Assembly (NCBI GenBank): GCA_944372545.1
Contig: CALVZO010000016.1
Coordinates: forward strand, 21,668-85,667
Source of the DNA: an uncultured Bacilli bacterium
GTDB lineage: Bacteria > Bacillota_I > Bacilli_A > RF39 > UBA660
Reading direction: 5' to 3'
Length of the DNA: 64,000 bases
The notes beneath the pieces were generated by a model that saw only the letters and a list, made by a program, of their open reading frames with translations, was not told the origin of the DNA and searched no databases. A program made the position numbers and the translations under genes. Positions 1 to 12,157 of the stretch are shown one piece after another. Position 1 is the first letter of the stretch; every line of letters begins with the position of its first letter.

Positions 1-2
1 AA

Positions 3-794
3 AGAAGTAGAAGTGGCATAAAAGACCCAAATAAGCCAATTGGATCATTTATCTTCCTAGGCCCTACTGGAGTTGGTAAAACTGAAGTTGCAAGAAGTCT
101 TGCTTATGAATTATTTGACGATGAACATCACCTAATTAGAATTGATATGTCTGAGTATATGGAAAAATATTCTGTTTCCAGACTAATCGGTGCTGCTCCC
201 GGTTACATCGGTTATGAAGAAGGAGGCCAATTAACTGAAGCAGTAAGAAGAAATCCTTATAGTATTGTTTTATTTGATGAAATAGAAAAGGCTAATCCAG
301 AAGTATTAAACTTACTTTTACAAATACTAGATGATGGTAGACTTACTGATTCTAATGGTAGAACAGTTGATTTTAAAAATACGATTATTATAATGACATC
401 TAATGTAGGTAGTGAATATATCTTAGAAGGAAAAGAAAATGAAGTATTAAAAGAATTACATCACTATTTTAAACCAGAATTTTTAAATCGTATTGATGAA
501 ATAATTATGTTCAATAAATTAAATAAAGATGTTTTAAAAGATATTTTAGGAAAAATTATTAATAATATTCAAAAATATTTAAGTGATTATAATGTGACTA
601 TTAACTTAGATAATAATGCTACTAATCATTTTATTGAAGAAGGTTTTAGTGAAGAATATGGAGCAAGGCCATTAAAAAGACTTGTAACTAAAGAATTAGA
701 AACACTTATTGCAGATAAAATAATTGCAGGTAATATTAAATATGGTGATAATATAAACGTTACTTTTAAAGATAATAAATTAGTTATTAATTAA
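3..794 (+). CDS. Clp/Hsp100 AAA+ chaperone (ClpB/ClpC-like), C-terminal part; 5' end lies outside the window
   Basis: Frame 3 is open from nt 3. It reads GPTGVGKTEVARSLAYELF (Walker A of the second AAA module), then a sensor-2 GARPLKR motif and a typical ClpB C-terminal domain. Confidence 0.85.
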   Translation, partial: RSRSGIKDPNKPIGSFIFLGPTGVGKTEVARSLAYELFDDEHHLIRIDMSEYMEKYSVSRLIGAAPGYIGYEEGGQLTEAVRRNPYSIVLFDEIEKANPEVLNLLLQILDDGRLTDSNGRTVDFKNTIIIMTSNVGSEYILEGKENEVLKELHHYFKPEFLNRIDEIIMFNKLNKDVLKDILGKIINNIQKYLSDYNVTINLDNNATNHFIEEGFSEEYGARPLKRLVTKELETLIADKIIAGNIKYGDNINVTFKDNKLVIN

Positions 795-1544
795 TTATAA
801 TAAATGATTAAATATAATTAAAATAGTTCCAATTAATAATCCGATATAGATATATTTATTTTCTTTATAAGATAAGGCTCTAGGTAACATTTCATGAATA
901 GATAAAGTTATCATTATTCCAGATACTAATATCAAAATAATACTAATCATAACATTAGTAACATAATCTTTTAAGAAAATATATGCAAGTATTGCCCCGA
1001 GTGGTTCTGCTAGACCTGATAAGAAAGTATTATATAATGCTTTCTTTTTTGATTTAGTCGCGTAATATATTGGTACAGCAATAGAAATACCTTCCGGTAT
1101 ATTATGAAACATTATGGCAAGAGATAATTTTAATCCTAAATTAACATCTTGAATACTTCCAATAAACGTTGCAATACCTTCCGGAAAATTATGAAGAATA
1201 AGTGCTAACATATTTAATATTCCTAATTTATATAATGAATTTTCATTTTTAATTAATTTATTTATAAGAAAAACTAATATTGCTCCAATTAAAAAGGAAA
1301 TAATAATTATTATGAATCCTAATATTCTATTAAAATTAAGTAATATTGTAAAAAAAGACGTTGGAATTAAATCTGTTATACTAATTCCTATCATAATTGC
1401 AATAGAAAAAGAAAGGCAAAAAGTTATAAATTTATCTATTTTGACTTTCTTTATATTAAAAAAGATAACTATACCGCCAAGTAGAGTAGACATACCGGCT
1501 AAACTAGATATTAATAAAGCATTTAATGCAGTCATACTATTCAC
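795..1544 (-). CDS. zupT: ZIP-family zinc transporter ZupT
   Basis: 249 aa, 8 TM segments. It carries the paired HNFPEG / HNIPEG motifs that are diagnostic of ZupT/ZIP. Confidence 0.8.
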   Translation of the reverse strand: MNSMTALNALLISSLAGMSTLLGGIVIFFNIKKVKIDKFITFCLSFSIAIMIGISITDLIPTSFFTILLNFNRILGFIIIIISFLIGAILVFLINKLIKNENSLYKLGILNMLALILHNFPEGIATFIGSIQDVNLGLKLSLAIMFHNIPEGISIAVPIYYATKSKKKALYNTFLSGLAEPLGAILAYIFLKDYVTNVMISIILILVSGIMITLSIHEMLPRALSYKENKYIYIGLLIGTILIIFNHLL

Positions 1545-1845
1545 CTTAATTAATAATATGTCTAATTAATATAGAGATGTTATTTACAATTAAAATTTGT
1601 TTTGTATTTATTAAGATATGTATATTTGATATACTCAAGATAGAGAAGTGAGTAGTGAGTTTTAGTGGAATCTTTATTAGCAATCTTTGTTCCAATTATT
1701 ATTGTAGTTCTAGTTTTATTATTCTTTTGCTTATGCATTTATCTATTTGCATATTATTTATATTTGCTGAGTGATTGTTATTATAATTTAATGACAAAAC
1801 ATGGTTATGAATTTACATTTATTAGAAAGAAGGAATAGAAATTTT

Positions 1846-2058
1846 ATGGAATATGTTTTAATGTTTTTATTTATATTTATTATTGTTATTTTATCATTAT
1901 GTTTATTATCTTTTTTCATAGGCATAGGTGTCTATATAACTATTGATACAGTTTATAAATTATTAGTAAAAAATGGTTATCAATTTAACATGTTAAGAAA
2001 TCCTAAAATAGACAAATTAATAATTTTAGAAAATGAAATAAAGAGAAATATAGAATAG
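1846..2058 (+). CDS. small hydrophobic membrane protein (hypothetical); start chosen at the internal Met with an AAGGAA SD
   Basis: The ORF track shows frame 1801..2058. The internal ATG at 1846 is preceded by aaggaa. One TM helix. Confidence 0.25.
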   Translation: MEYVLMFLFIFIIVILSLCLLSFFIGIGVYITIDTVYKLLVKNGYQFNMLRNPKIDKLIILENEIKRNIE

Positions 2059-2379
2059 GTAGTAGAATTTAAAATTATTAAATCATATTATATTTCGAAG
2101 TTGATGGTTAACATAACATAGATTATGCAATTGTAAACTATTGTATTTTTTTCTTGAAAATTCACTCAACTTCTTTATTATTTTTATTTAATAATTACAT
2201 ATTTTTTTACGAATTGATGTATAACGCATAACTTATTTTATAACTAAATCATTATTTAAATAATTTGATTTATTTTTTAATATTAAATTGTTTTTATAAT
2301 AACCTAATTAATATTTTAAATTAAGTTATATTATATATCCTATATTTATATATTATATAAGGATATATAGTAAAAAAAC

Positions 2380-2398
2380 AAAGAGTAGTTACACTCTT
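2380..2398 (-). terminator. intrinsic terminator of the 2398..3231 gene (AAGAGT-loop-ACTCTT hairpin followed by a U7 run on the minus strand); it overlaps the stop codon
   Basis: Read directly: aaaaaaacaAAGAGTagttacACTCTTta. Confidence 0.5.
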
Positions 2399-3231
2399 TA
2401 TTTAATTGGTTCAGAACTAACCCAATAATATGTTCCATCATCTGCTAATTTAAATACATGTTTATATTGAGTTGCGTAATTTTTCATAAATTTATAATTA
2501 ATTTCTTTTTGTTCTTTATATTCATTTGTACATTTTTCATTGATAGTAGTGGTAGTGTAGTTTGCAAAACAAGTATCGTCATTTATTTTAGCGAAATAAT
2601 CGTAAATTATTACTTCACTACCCTTCTCTATTGCCTTTTCTATAACACGATAGATAACTGATTCATTTCCTAAAGTATAAGTAAATGTTTCTGATAATCC
2701 ACAATAATATTTATCATCTTTTAAATAACAAATATTTAAGTTATCTACTTTAAATTCTTCATCATCTTCAATATCTTTACCAAATATCTTTTTATAAGTT
2801 TTATTGATTACTTCTTTATCTATAATACTCACAGAACATGTTTCAGTTTCTTCATCAACTCTAAAAATCATTCCATCAACATCACAAGTAGTTTCTTTCT
2901 TTTTAGGTTTGTATTCTTTAATTTCAACATCAGTTAATTCTGTTTTTTGATAAGCAAGACATAATCTTGATTCACTATTTACATCGCTATACTCTACTTT
3001 ATCATCAGCATAAGTAAATAATCCTTCACAATTACTTAAATCTTCGGAACTAAAATATTCATGTAATTCTGTAACTAATTCACTATCTAATTTTAAATTA
3101 TTTCTAGTTGCAATTTTTATACCAATTATTATTAATGATAATACCACTAATATACCAATTAATATTACTAAAACTTTATCATTAAGTATTCCTTTTTCTT
3201 TATTATTATTATTTTTACTAACTTTCTTCAT
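2398..3231 (-). CDS. hypothetical N-terminally anchored, Cys-containing exported protein
   Basis: 277 aa. A Lys-rich N-terminus is followed by one TM helix. No recognisable catalytic motif. Confidence 0.5.
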   Translation of the reverse strand: MKKVSKNNNNKEKGILNDKVLVILIGILVVLSLIIIGIKIATRNNLKLDSELVTELHEYFSSEDLSNCEGLFTYADDKVEYSDVNSESRLCLAYQKTELTDVEIKEYKPKKKETTCDVDGMIFRVDEETETCSVSIIDKEVINKTYKKIFGKDIEDDEEFKVDNLNICYLKDDKYYCGLSETFTYTLGNESVIYRVIEKAIEKGSEVIIYDYFAKINDDTCFANYTTTTINEKCTNEYKEQKEINYKFMKNYATQYKHVFKLADDGTYYWVSSEPIK

Positions 3232-3239
3232 AATTCCTA

Positions 3240-4010
3240 TTATACCTTTCTTGACTGTATTTCTGCTATTTTTTCAAATACTTCTGCAGCATTACCTTCA
3301 TTTATCTCTGTATAACCTAACTCCTTCAAAGCCTGTATTTTTGTTGTATTTAATTGTTGTGTTCTACTAAGTTTTTCTTCCTTTTTTTGCTCTATTTCTC
3401 TAACAAACCTTTTTCTACTTTCCATAACTTTGCTTTTACTAGCCCCACCATTATTATATAATGTTAAAGCCGAATATAAGATACTTTCAAATATATATTG
3501 TTTATCTTCATTAAAAGCATATTCTTCTGAATTTATAAATCCAGTTGTTTTGGCCATATAAGCAAGTATATATTTAATTTCTGGAACATTGTCCATTGAC
3601 TGTAACAAATTGTATAAATATCGAATTGCTGTATGATCATTATTTTTATTTTCTTCTAATTTTTCTTTGAGTATAAAAACAATATCATTTAATAATATTC
3701 GACTTTCTTTGTCTAAATCTTTAAAATCCATAAAGTTTTCAAACTCGCTACCATTCTTTAATCCAACATTTAATCTTTTTTCTACGTTCATTAAATATTC
3801 AGTATCAACTTTAATGTTTGCAAGTTCTTCATCACTACCCTCTTTTAAATCCAAAAGTTGAAGTAGTAATAATTTTTTTTCTTTCGGCCATTTATCTAAA
3901 TTATCTAAAACTAAATAATTGTAGACCATCTGTCTCGAAACTCCTAAATATTTAGAAAGTCTTACTTTAGAAACCCCTAATTCTTGTAGTAAATCATTTA
4001 ACTTATCCAT
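3240..4010 (-). CDS. XRE-family helix-turn-helix protein with an uncharacterised C-terminal domain
   Basis: The N-terminus LGVSKVRLSKYLGVSRQMVYNYL matches the HTH_XRE pattern. Confidence 0.6.
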   Translation of the reverse strand: MDKLNDLLQELGVSKVRLSKYLGVSRQMVYNYLVLDNLDKWPKEKKLLLLQLLDLKEGSDEELANIKVDTEYLMNVEKRLNVGLKNGSEFENFMDFKDLDKESRILLNDIVFILKEKLEENKNNDHTAIRYLYNLLQSMDNVPEIKYILAYMAKTTGFINSEEYAFNEDKQYIFESILYSALTLYNNGGASKSKVMESRKRFVREIEQKKEEKLSRTQQLNTTKIQALKELGYTEINEGNAAEVFEKIAEIQSRKV

Positions 4011-4088
4011 TACACTCTCTACTTTCTATATTTACAAGATAATTATACTTAACTTAACACTTACTTGTCAATATGAAAGTCGAAAAAA

Positions 4089-4769
4089 TTATATAACTTC
4101 CTTTTTTCTAATAATGAATACTTTATTTTTCTTATAAAAGCAATAAAATACATCTTCAATTTTTAAATTTTTTTTCATTAATATATTTTCTAGCCAAACT
4201 ATGTTTTTATTAATATGATCTAAAGCCTTTTTTTGAACACTACCATCTAAAATTAAAGGCATTGGGTATGCAGACTTAATTCTAAACATATTGTATTTAA
4301 ATATTGAAAGTTTTCCATTAGGTTCTAAAAATGCATATTCTACTTCATCAATATTTTTTATTTCTTTTTGTCTTAAACTTAAAAGCAAATTATCCATACT
4401 ATATCTTTGCTTAATCATTTCATGATAATTTACTTTCCCATTTACAATAATAAGAGAAGGCCTACCATCAAAAAAAGTTCTAATTTTTCTTGATTTAATT
4501 GAAATAAACGCTAAGATTATTTCTAATATTACTAATATTATAATTGGAACAATTGTCAAAAATATACTATCTTCAATATTTTCAATTGATATAGCAATTA
4601 ATTCTGCAATTAAAATAGAGACAATTAAATCAATAATTCCTAGTTGCCCTACTTCTCTTTTACCCATTAATCTATAACACAGAAGAACAAAAAAGTAAAA
4701 GAAAACTGTTCTAAAGATAACTTGTAAAAGTTCCATAAAATCACCTAAATATATTATGAACCAATTCAT
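4089..4769 (-). CDS. DUF421 / YetF-family membrane protein
   Basis: Two to three N-terminal TM helices plus a C-terminal YetF-like soluble domain (RxxxxFDGRP..IIVNGK pattern). Confidence 0.6.
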   Translation of the reverse strand: MNWFIIYLGDFMELLQVIFRTVFFYFFVLLCYRLMGKREVGQLGIIDLIVSILIAELIAISIENIEDSIFLTIVPIIILVILEIILAFISIKSRKIRTFFDGRPSLIIVNGKVNYHEMIKQRYSMDNLLLSLRQKEIKNIDEVEYAFLEPNGKLSIFKYNMFRIKSAYPMPLILDGSVQKKALDHINKNIVWLENILMKKNLKIEDVFYCFYKKNKVFIIRKKEVI

Positions 4770-4809
4770 ATTTTTTTAAACAAGTCATAAATATTTATTA
4801 GGTGGTTTT

Positions 4810-5172
4810 ATGAATAAATTATTTAATTATTTAAAATTCTTAAGTATATTTTTAATTTTAGAATTAATGATAACTTTTTTAGTAAGTCTACTTAATTTAA
4901 TTGGTGTAAATAGTGGGATTACAACAATTATTTTATTTATATTTAATATTATTTTATTTTTTATACTAAATTTTATAAATGCTAAAAATATTAAGAAAAA
5001 AGGTTACTTAGAAGGAATTATATTAGGTCTTATTTTTATATTTTTAATGTTTTTAATAAAAATAATCTTTTTTAATAGTAGTTTTAATATATCAACTCTT
5101 ATCTATTATATTATTTTACTTCTAGTATCTATTTTAGGTGGTATGTTTGGAGTAAATAAAAAAAGTGAATAA
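4810..5172 (+). CDS. small 4-TM membrane protein (hypothetical)
   Basis: 120 aa and very hydrophobic. It is preceded by AGGTGG-like ttaggtgg. Confidence 0.45.
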   Translation: MNKLFNYLKFLSIFLILELMITFLVSLLNLIGVNSGITTIILFIFNIILFFILNFINAKNIKKKGYLEGIILGLIFIFLMFLIKIIFFNSSFNISTLIYYIILLLVSILGGMFGVNKKSE

Positions 5173-6622
<1,450 letters not shown>

Positions 6623-6694
6623 TTATATCATATTTTTATTTTTAGGAAAATACTTCTTATCAAGATGCATTATGTAACAAATAATAATTATTTC

Positions 6695-6723
6695 TTGACA
6701 AAATAGCCATTTATAATTATACT
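6695..6723 (+). promoter_or_regulatory. sigma-70-type promoter: TTGACA, 17 nt, TATACT
   Basis: Read directly: ttgacaaaatagccatttataattatact, about 27 nt upstream of the 6750 ATG (SD aaaagggggg). Confidence 0.4.
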
Positions 6724-6749
6724 AAAATGCATAAAAAAGGGGGGATTTT

Positions 6750-7187
6750 ATGCGTTCTTTAAATCAAAGAAGTATCAATAATTTTTACCGAATTTTAAGA
6801 TACCAAAGATTTACTACAATTAGTGAAGAAAGAAAAGTAGAACTTGATGCTCTAGTAGAAAAATGGCGTTACTTTTTTCAAAATCAAACATCTGGAAAGC
6901 AAGCACTAATGACTTATGTTGCAGAAAAACTAACAGTTTCTTCTAAAAGTATTGGTTTAGTTAATGGTGATGAATCAGCATATTTTTATGTAAAAATGGT
7001 TGATCCAGAATTAAAATTTTTAGAAGCCTATGAAATGGCTAATAAAAAAGAAGAAATTAAACAAATTTGTGAAATGAACTTTGGCTTTTATGATATGGCC
7101 TTAATAAAATTAGAATATTTTTTAAATCTTCATTTTATGGAATATGAAAAAGATGATTTATGGACTAGAGAATCATTAAAAAGATAA
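6750..7187 (+). CDS. hypothetical cytoplasmic protein
   Basis: 145 aa ORF with a strong SD. No recognisable motif. Confidence 0.5.
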   Translation: MRSLNQRSINNFYRILRYQRFTTISEERKVELDALVEKWRYFFQNQTSGKQALMTYVAEKLTVSSKSIGLVNGDESAYFYVKMVDPELKFLEAYEMANKKEEIKQICEMNFGFYDMALIKLEYFLNLHFMEYEKDDLWTRESLKR

Positions 7188-7212
7188 ATCTATCGCGAGA
7201 TAGATTTTTTTA
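7186..7212. terminator. bidirectional intrinsic terminator (AAATCTATC-GCGA-GATAGATTT followed by T7) between the convergent 6750..7187 gene and queA
   Basis: Perfect 9-bp stem flanked by an A run and a T run. Confidence 0.55.
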
Positions 7213-8232
7213 TTTAATAAACATTGCATCACCGAACGAAAAGAATCGATAATTATTTCTTTTTGCTTCTTCATAAGCATTTAAGATAAATTCTCTTTTT
7301 GATAAGGCGCTAACTAACATTAAAAGTGTACTTTTTGGTAAATGAAAATTAGTTATAAGACCATCAATGGCTTGAAAATTAAAACCCGGATAAATAAAAA
7401 TATCTGTATTTCCATGACTATTTCTAAATTCACCATTATTTTTCATAACAGTTTCTAGCACTCTAGTTGAAGTAGTACCAACTGCATATATTTTTCTCTT
7501 TTCTTTTTTTGCTTTATTTAAAATTTTAGCAACATCTTCTTTCATTTCATAATATTCACTATGCATATGATGTTCTAAAATATTGTTAACTTCCACAGGT
7601 CTAAAGGTGCCTATTCCAACATGTAATGTTACATAACAAATTATAACTCCCCTATCTTTAAGTTCATTTAATAATTCGTTAGTAAAATGAAGACCTGCAG
7701 TTGGTGCTGCGGCACTTCCTAAATATTTAGCATATACAGTTTGATAACGATCTTGCTCTTTTAAACTTTCATGTATATATGGCGGAAGAGGCATTAATCC
7801 TATTTTTTCAATTAACTCTAAAAAAATACCTTTATAAAGAAATTTAACTAAAACTATTCCATCTTCTTTTTTATCTATTACAATACATTTTAATTCATTA
7901 CTAAAAATTATTTCAGTATCTTTATGTAATCTTTTTCCAGGTCTTGCTAAACATTCCCATACATCTTCTTCAATATTCTTTAATAATAAAATTTCAATTT
8001 TAGCATTAGTTACCTTTTTAGTTCCAATAAGTCTTGCAGGTAAAACCTTAGTGTCATTTAATACTAATACATCACCCTTATTTAAATAATCTTTAATATC
8101 ATAAAATCTTTTATGTTCAATATTACCATTTTCTTTATTCATAATCATTAATTTTGAATCACTTCTATTACTAATTGGTACTTGAGCAATAAATTTTTCT
8201 GGTAAATCGTAATTATAATCTTCAATATTCAT
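7210..8232 (-). CDS. queA: S-adenosylmethionine:tRNA ribosyltransferase-isomerase
   Basis: 340 aa. The N-terminus reads DYDLPE..IAQ.P. Full-length match to the QueA pattern. Confidence 0.9.
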   Translation of the reverse strand: MNIEDYNYDLPEKFIAQVPISNRSDSKLMIMNKENGNIEHKRFYDIKDYLNKGDVLVLNDTKVLPARLIGTKKVTNAKIEILLLKNIEEDVWECLARPGKRLHKDTEIIFSNELKCIVIDKKEDGIVLVKFLYKGIFLELIEKIGLMPLPPYIHESLKEQDRYQTVYAKYLGSAAAPTAGLHFTNELLNELKDRGVIICYVTLHVGIGTFRPVEVNNILEHHMHSEYYEMKEDVAKILNKAKKEKRKIYAVGTTSTRVLETVMKNNGEFRNSHGNTDIFIYPGFNFQAIDGLITNFHLPKSTLLMLVSALSKREFILNAYEEAKRNNYRFFSFGDAMFIK

Positions 8233-8280
8233 AAAATCACCTTTTAAATATTATAAGAAAAAAAGACCTAGTTGTCTATC

Positions 8281-8952
8281 TTATAATTTTTTAATTACTA
8301 GATTATAAACTTCGGTATTTATTTCTTCGATACTACGTAATTGATTATCTTTTATACACTCAATTGTGTCAAAATTATATATTTTGGCCATTTCTATATA
8401 AGCATTTTCGGCATTTATAATATTTTCCGTTGATTTTTCATGTTCATCTAATTCTAATCTGTTACTTTGTAATTTTTTTGAAAACTCATATGGCATATGT
8501 AAAAATATTTTAATGTCTGGTTTTGGCAACTCAAGTAAATCATATTCTAATTTTTCAAGCCATCTAAACATTTCTTCTCTCTCTTCTTTTGTTTTTAATT
8601 TACCGGTTTGATGTCCCATATTAGAAGTTACATACCTATCAAGTATTACAACATAGCCTTTATCTAAATGTTCATTTATTAAAGATACATTATATAATCT
8701 ATCGGCAGCATAATATAGTGATGCAACTTTAGCCGGAACGTTATTAGCTCCTTCCTTAAACCAACCTTTGCAAATATGTTCTTTTCCCAAATATGGACCA
8801 CCAATTATTTTTCCTGTTGGAGTATCATACATCGGAAAAGACATTTTGAATACCGAAAATCCTGCCTTTAATAACTTTTCATATAATTTGTCACTTTGTG
8901 TTTTTTTCCCAGAACAGTCAGTTCCTTCAATTACAATTAATTTACCTTTCAA
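8281..8952 (-). CDS. tmk: thymidylate kinase
   Basis: P-loop IEGTDCSGKKTQ and DRY motif LDRYVTSN. 223 aa. Confidence 0.8.
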   Translation of the reverse strand: MKGKLIVIEGTDCSGKKTQSDKLYEKLLKAGFSVFKMSFPMYDTPTGKIIGGPYLGKEHICKGWFKEGANNVPAKVASLYYAADRLYNVSLINEHLDKGYVVILDRYVTSNMGHQTGKLKTKEEREEMFRWLEKLEYDLLELPKPDIKIFLHMPYEFSKKLQSNRLELDEHEKSTENIINAENAYIEMAKIYNFDTIECIKDNQLRSIEEINTEVYNLVIKKL

Positions 8953-9644
8953 ATTTCATCACCTACTATTGTTCCTATATTTTTACCTTGTAAATAATCT
9001 TCTAATAAATAATATTTATTAAAATTCATTACTAATAAACTAGTATTATTTTGCGCACATTTTTCTATAGCAACTTTATCCATAACTTGATAATTATTAC
9101 TAATAATATCTTTGTAAGTTAATTTGGAAAACATTTTTGCATCATGATATTTCTTTGGATCTTTATCAAATACTCCATCTACATTAGTCATCTTTATTAT
9201 TAAATTAGCCTGCAACATTTCTATAGCAAGCCCTGCCGCAGCATCAGTTGAAACACCACTTTTGCCAATACCTCCTCCAAATATTATAATATTTCCTTTA
9301 TCATAATTATTTTGTAGTTCTTCTAAACTATAATTAGGTATCAAAGAAGGAAAAGTAAAAGGTGTGCTAATATTTACAACTAAGCCTTTTTTTTCTAAAA
9401 AATCTTTTATGTATAATGCATTAATACAGGTGGCTAACATTCCAATGGTATCACGATTTAAATCTTCCATTTCTAAGTGTTCTCGCCCACGAAAATAGTT
9501 ACCCCCTCCAATAACTATTGCCACTAAATTATTTTTACTTAAAATACTAATAGATTTATAAATGATTTCTAATTTTTCTTCTGAAACAACATTATCATTA
9601 TCTTTTAGGGCTTCTCCACTAATTTTCAATACAATTTTTTTCAT
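8949..9644 (-). CDS. pyrH: UMP kinase
   Basis: Amino-acid-kinase fold. It has the LKISGEAL N-terminus and the GGGNYFRG and FGGGIGKSGVSTD motifs. Confidence 0.85.
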   Translation of the reverse strand: MKKIVLKISGEALKDNDNVVSEEKLEIIYKSISILSKNNLVAIVIGGGNYFRGREHLEMEDLNRDTIGMLATCINALYIKDFLEKKGLVVNISTPFTFPSLIPNYSLEELQNNYDKGNIIIFGGGIGKSGVSTDAAAGLAIEMLQANLIIKMTNVDGVFDKDPKKYHDAKMFSKLTYKDIISNNYQVMDKVAIEKCAQNNTSLLVMNFNKYYLLEDYLQGKNIGTIVGDEI

Positions 9645-10467
9645 TTAATTTCCTTTCTTTAGCAATAAGTAAATTTTCTAAAACCATGGCAATAGTCATT
9701 GGCCCAACTCCCCCAGGAACCGGAGTAATATTTGTAAAAATATTACTATCATAACTTTCAACATCACCACAAACTTTACCATTAACTTTACATATACCTG
9801 CATCAATTACTATTATATCTTTATTTATATCTTTTAATTTAATAAAATCTTTTTTACCAACTCCGCTTATAATTAAATCAGCATTTTTTAATATATCTTT
9901 TAAATTTTCAGTATACGAGTGAGCAATTGTTACGGTTGCGTTTTTCTTAAGTAATAAATGAATTAAAGGTTTACCTAAAATTTGACTACGATTTATAATC
10001 ACGACATTTTTGCCAGTTAAATCAATATTATTATACTCAATTAATTTAATTATACCTTTTGGTGTACAAGGTATAAAAGAAGGACTATCGCACGCTATAT
10101 TACCAATTGATACATTACTGCAGCCATCAATATCTTTATTAGGATTTATTGCATTAAAGCAATTATTTATATTAATTTCATTTGGCACCGGACTTTGAAG
10201 TAATATACCTGTTACATTTTTATCATTATTTAATGTATTTATTAATTTTATAACATCTTCTTCTTTTACATTGTCTTCTAAGTGATAAATACAAGCATCA
10301 ATTCCGGCGTATTCACACATTTTTCTTTTTTTATTTACATAAATTTCTGATGCTTTATTATCTCCAACCCAAATAATTGCTAATTTAATTTGATAATTAT
10401 ATTTCTCTATTTTCTTTTTAATTTCTTCAATTATCTCATTACTTATTTTTTTACCATCAAAATCCAT
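9619..10467 (-). CDS. folD: bifunctional methylene-THF dehydrogenase / methenyl-THF cyclohydrolase
   Basis: 282 aa. It has the ASEIYVNKKRK and GVGPMTIAML motifs. Confidence 0.85.
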   Translation of the reverse strand: MDFDGKKISNEIIEEIKKKIEKYNYQIKLAIIWVGDNKASEIYVNKKRKMCEYAGIDACIYHLEDNVKEEDVIKLINTLNNDKNVTGILLQSPVPNEININNCFNAINPNKDIDGCSNVSIGNIACDSPSFIPCTPKGIIKLIEYNNIDLTGKNVVIINRSQILGKPLIHLLLKKNATVTIAHSYTENLKDILKNADLIISGVGKKDFIKLKDINKDIIVIDAGICKVNGKVCGDVESYDSNIFTNITPVPGGVGPMTIAMVLENLLIAKERKLNEKNCIEN

Positions 10468-11483
10468 TAATCCTCCCGAAACAACCCAATATTATAAGAT
10501 ATGCCTAAACTTTTATAGGCCTTTTCTGTTGCAATTCGCCCACTTCTTGTTCTTTTAATAAAACCTTCTTGTAATAGATAAGGCTCTACTACATCTTCAA
10601 TTGTAGTTACTTCTTCCCCAATACTAGTTGCAATAGTTTCAACACCAACTGGGCCACCATTAAATTTTTCAATTAAACTAGTTAAATATTCTCTATCTAT
10701 ATTATCTAACCCTGATACATCAACTTTTAATCTTTGTAATGCTTTCATAGTTATATCTAAATCTATTATGCCGCTACCTTCTACTAAAGCAAAGTCCCTG
10801 ACTCTTCTAAAAAGCCGATTAGCAACTCTTGGAGTTTTTCTACTTCTTCTTGCAAGTTCCATTGCAGCATCATCTTCCACCTTAATATCAAATACTTTGC
10901 CACTTCTTTTAACTATATCTCTTAATTCTTCATAAGTATAATATTCTAATTTAGATACAATACCAAATCTATCTCTTAAAGGACTAGATAAATCTCCCGC
11001 TCTAGTAGTAGCCCCAACTAAAGTAAATGGTGGTAAATTAATTTTAATACTCTTACTTTTCCCATCATTACCAATAACTAAATCCATTTCAAAATCTTCC
11101 ATTGCCGGATATAGTATTTCTTCAATAAAAGATGGCATACGATGTATTTCATCAATAAACAAAACATCTCCCGGCTCTAAATTAGAAAGTATTGCGGCTA
11201 AATCTCCCGATTTTTCAATTGATGGTCCACTTGCAGTTCTAAGTGTTGAACCTAGTTCATTAGCAATTATATGCGCAAGAGTTGTTTTACCAAGACCTGG
11301 AGGACCATATAATAAAACATGATCAAGAGGTTCATTACGCATTTTTGCAGCCTTTATAAATACTCTTAAATTCTCTTTTATTTCATTTTGACCAACATAT
11401 TCATCTAAAAACTCTGGCCTAATACTTTTTTCAAATATATCTTCACTACACTCTTCAGTGTCTAATATTCTATTCTCCATCAT
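10467..11483 (-). CDS. ruvB: Holliday-junction helicase RuvB (start placed at MMENRIL; the ORF-track extension is probably untranslated)
   Basis: [22 protein letters not shown] Walker A plus a full RuvB pattern. Confidence 0.9.
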   Translation of the reverse strand: MMENRILDTEECSEDIFEKSIRPEFLDEYVGQNEIKENLRVFIKAAKMRNEPLDHVLLYGPPGLGKTTLAHIIANELGSTLRTASGPSIEKSGDLAAILSNLEPGDVLFIDEIHRMPSFIEEILYPAMEDFEMDLVIGNDGKSKSIKINLPPFTLVGATTRAGDLSSPLRDRFGIVSKLEYYTYEELRDIVKRSGKVFDIKVEDDAAMELARRSRKTPRVANRLFRRVRDFALVEGSGIIDLDITMKALQRLKVDVSGLDNIDREYLTSLIEKFNGGPVGVETIATSIGEEVTTIEDVVEPYLLQEGFIKRTRSGRIATEKAYKSLGISYNIGLFRED

Positions 11484-11549
11484 TAACCTCCTGTATCTTA
11501 ATAATAACATTAATAAATTAGAAAATCAATAAAAAATACAAACATTTGT

Positions 11550-12104
11550 TTATTTCAATAAAAGTTTTAATGCTTCTTTAACTTGTTCCTCTAATGACTT
11601 AGAACTATCTACTTGATTAATTATCTTTTTAATTTCAATTGATTTATAACCTAAATTTTCTAAAACACTTATTAATTCTTCAATAGTTTTATCTTCTTCA
11701 TCGCTAATTTCTGTTGTAACTTTTCCTTTTAAGTCTAAAACTATTTGTTTTGCTAATTTCTCCCCAATTTTTGGAAATTTAGTTAAATATAATAAATTCT
11801 CTTTATTAATTGCATCAACTATACCCCGAATAGACCCAGTCGCAAATATGCCAATTGCAACTTTTGGACCCATTCCTCTTACATTAATAAGTTTCATAAA
11901 TAATTCTTTTTCTTCTATTTCTTTAAATCCATACAAAGAATATTCATCTTCTTTTATATGATTATAAACATATACTTTATAATTTTCTCCTATTTCATAA
12001 CTAAATGGATTAGGAACAAATATATTATAACCAATACCATTAACATCAATTACTATTCCATTAGTATTAATAGCCTCTATTTTTCCATTAAAATAATTAT
12101 ACAT
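11550..12104 (-). CDS. ruvA: Holliday-junction DNA-binding protein RuvA
   Basis: 184 aa. N-terminal OB fold (IVIDVNGIGY) and HhH motifs. Confidence 0.85.
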   Translation of the reverse strand: MYNYFNGKIEAINTNGIVIDVNGIGYNIFVPNPFSYEIGENYKVYVYNHIKEDEYSLYGFKEIEEKELFMKLINVRGMGPKVAIGIFATGSIRGIVDAINKENLLYLTKFPKIGEKLAKQIVLDLKGKVTTEISDEEDKTIEELISVLENLGYKSIEIKKIINQVDSSKSLEEQVKEALKLLLK

Positions 12105-12157
12105 AATATCACCATATTAAGTATACTATAAAAATATCATAAAAAAAAGCAATTAGT

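Noticed and set aside
1312-1569. Many 60-90-aa ORFs in the track lie antisense inside larger genes: 1312..1569, 2458..2661, 3667..3861, 8768..9022, 10010..10198, 18188..18373, 19650..19865, 20304..20522, 22442..22630, 22605..22817, 23357..23626, 27537..27815, 30472..30690, 35208..35399, 36173..36451, 38019..38207, 38065..38307, 44701..44883, 45301..45525, 46091..46282, 51581..51769, 56116..56307 and 58833..59024.
   Set aside because: They are shadow ORFs, expected on the opposite strand of coding DNA. None has a plausible SD or start context, and each overlaps a well-supported gene.
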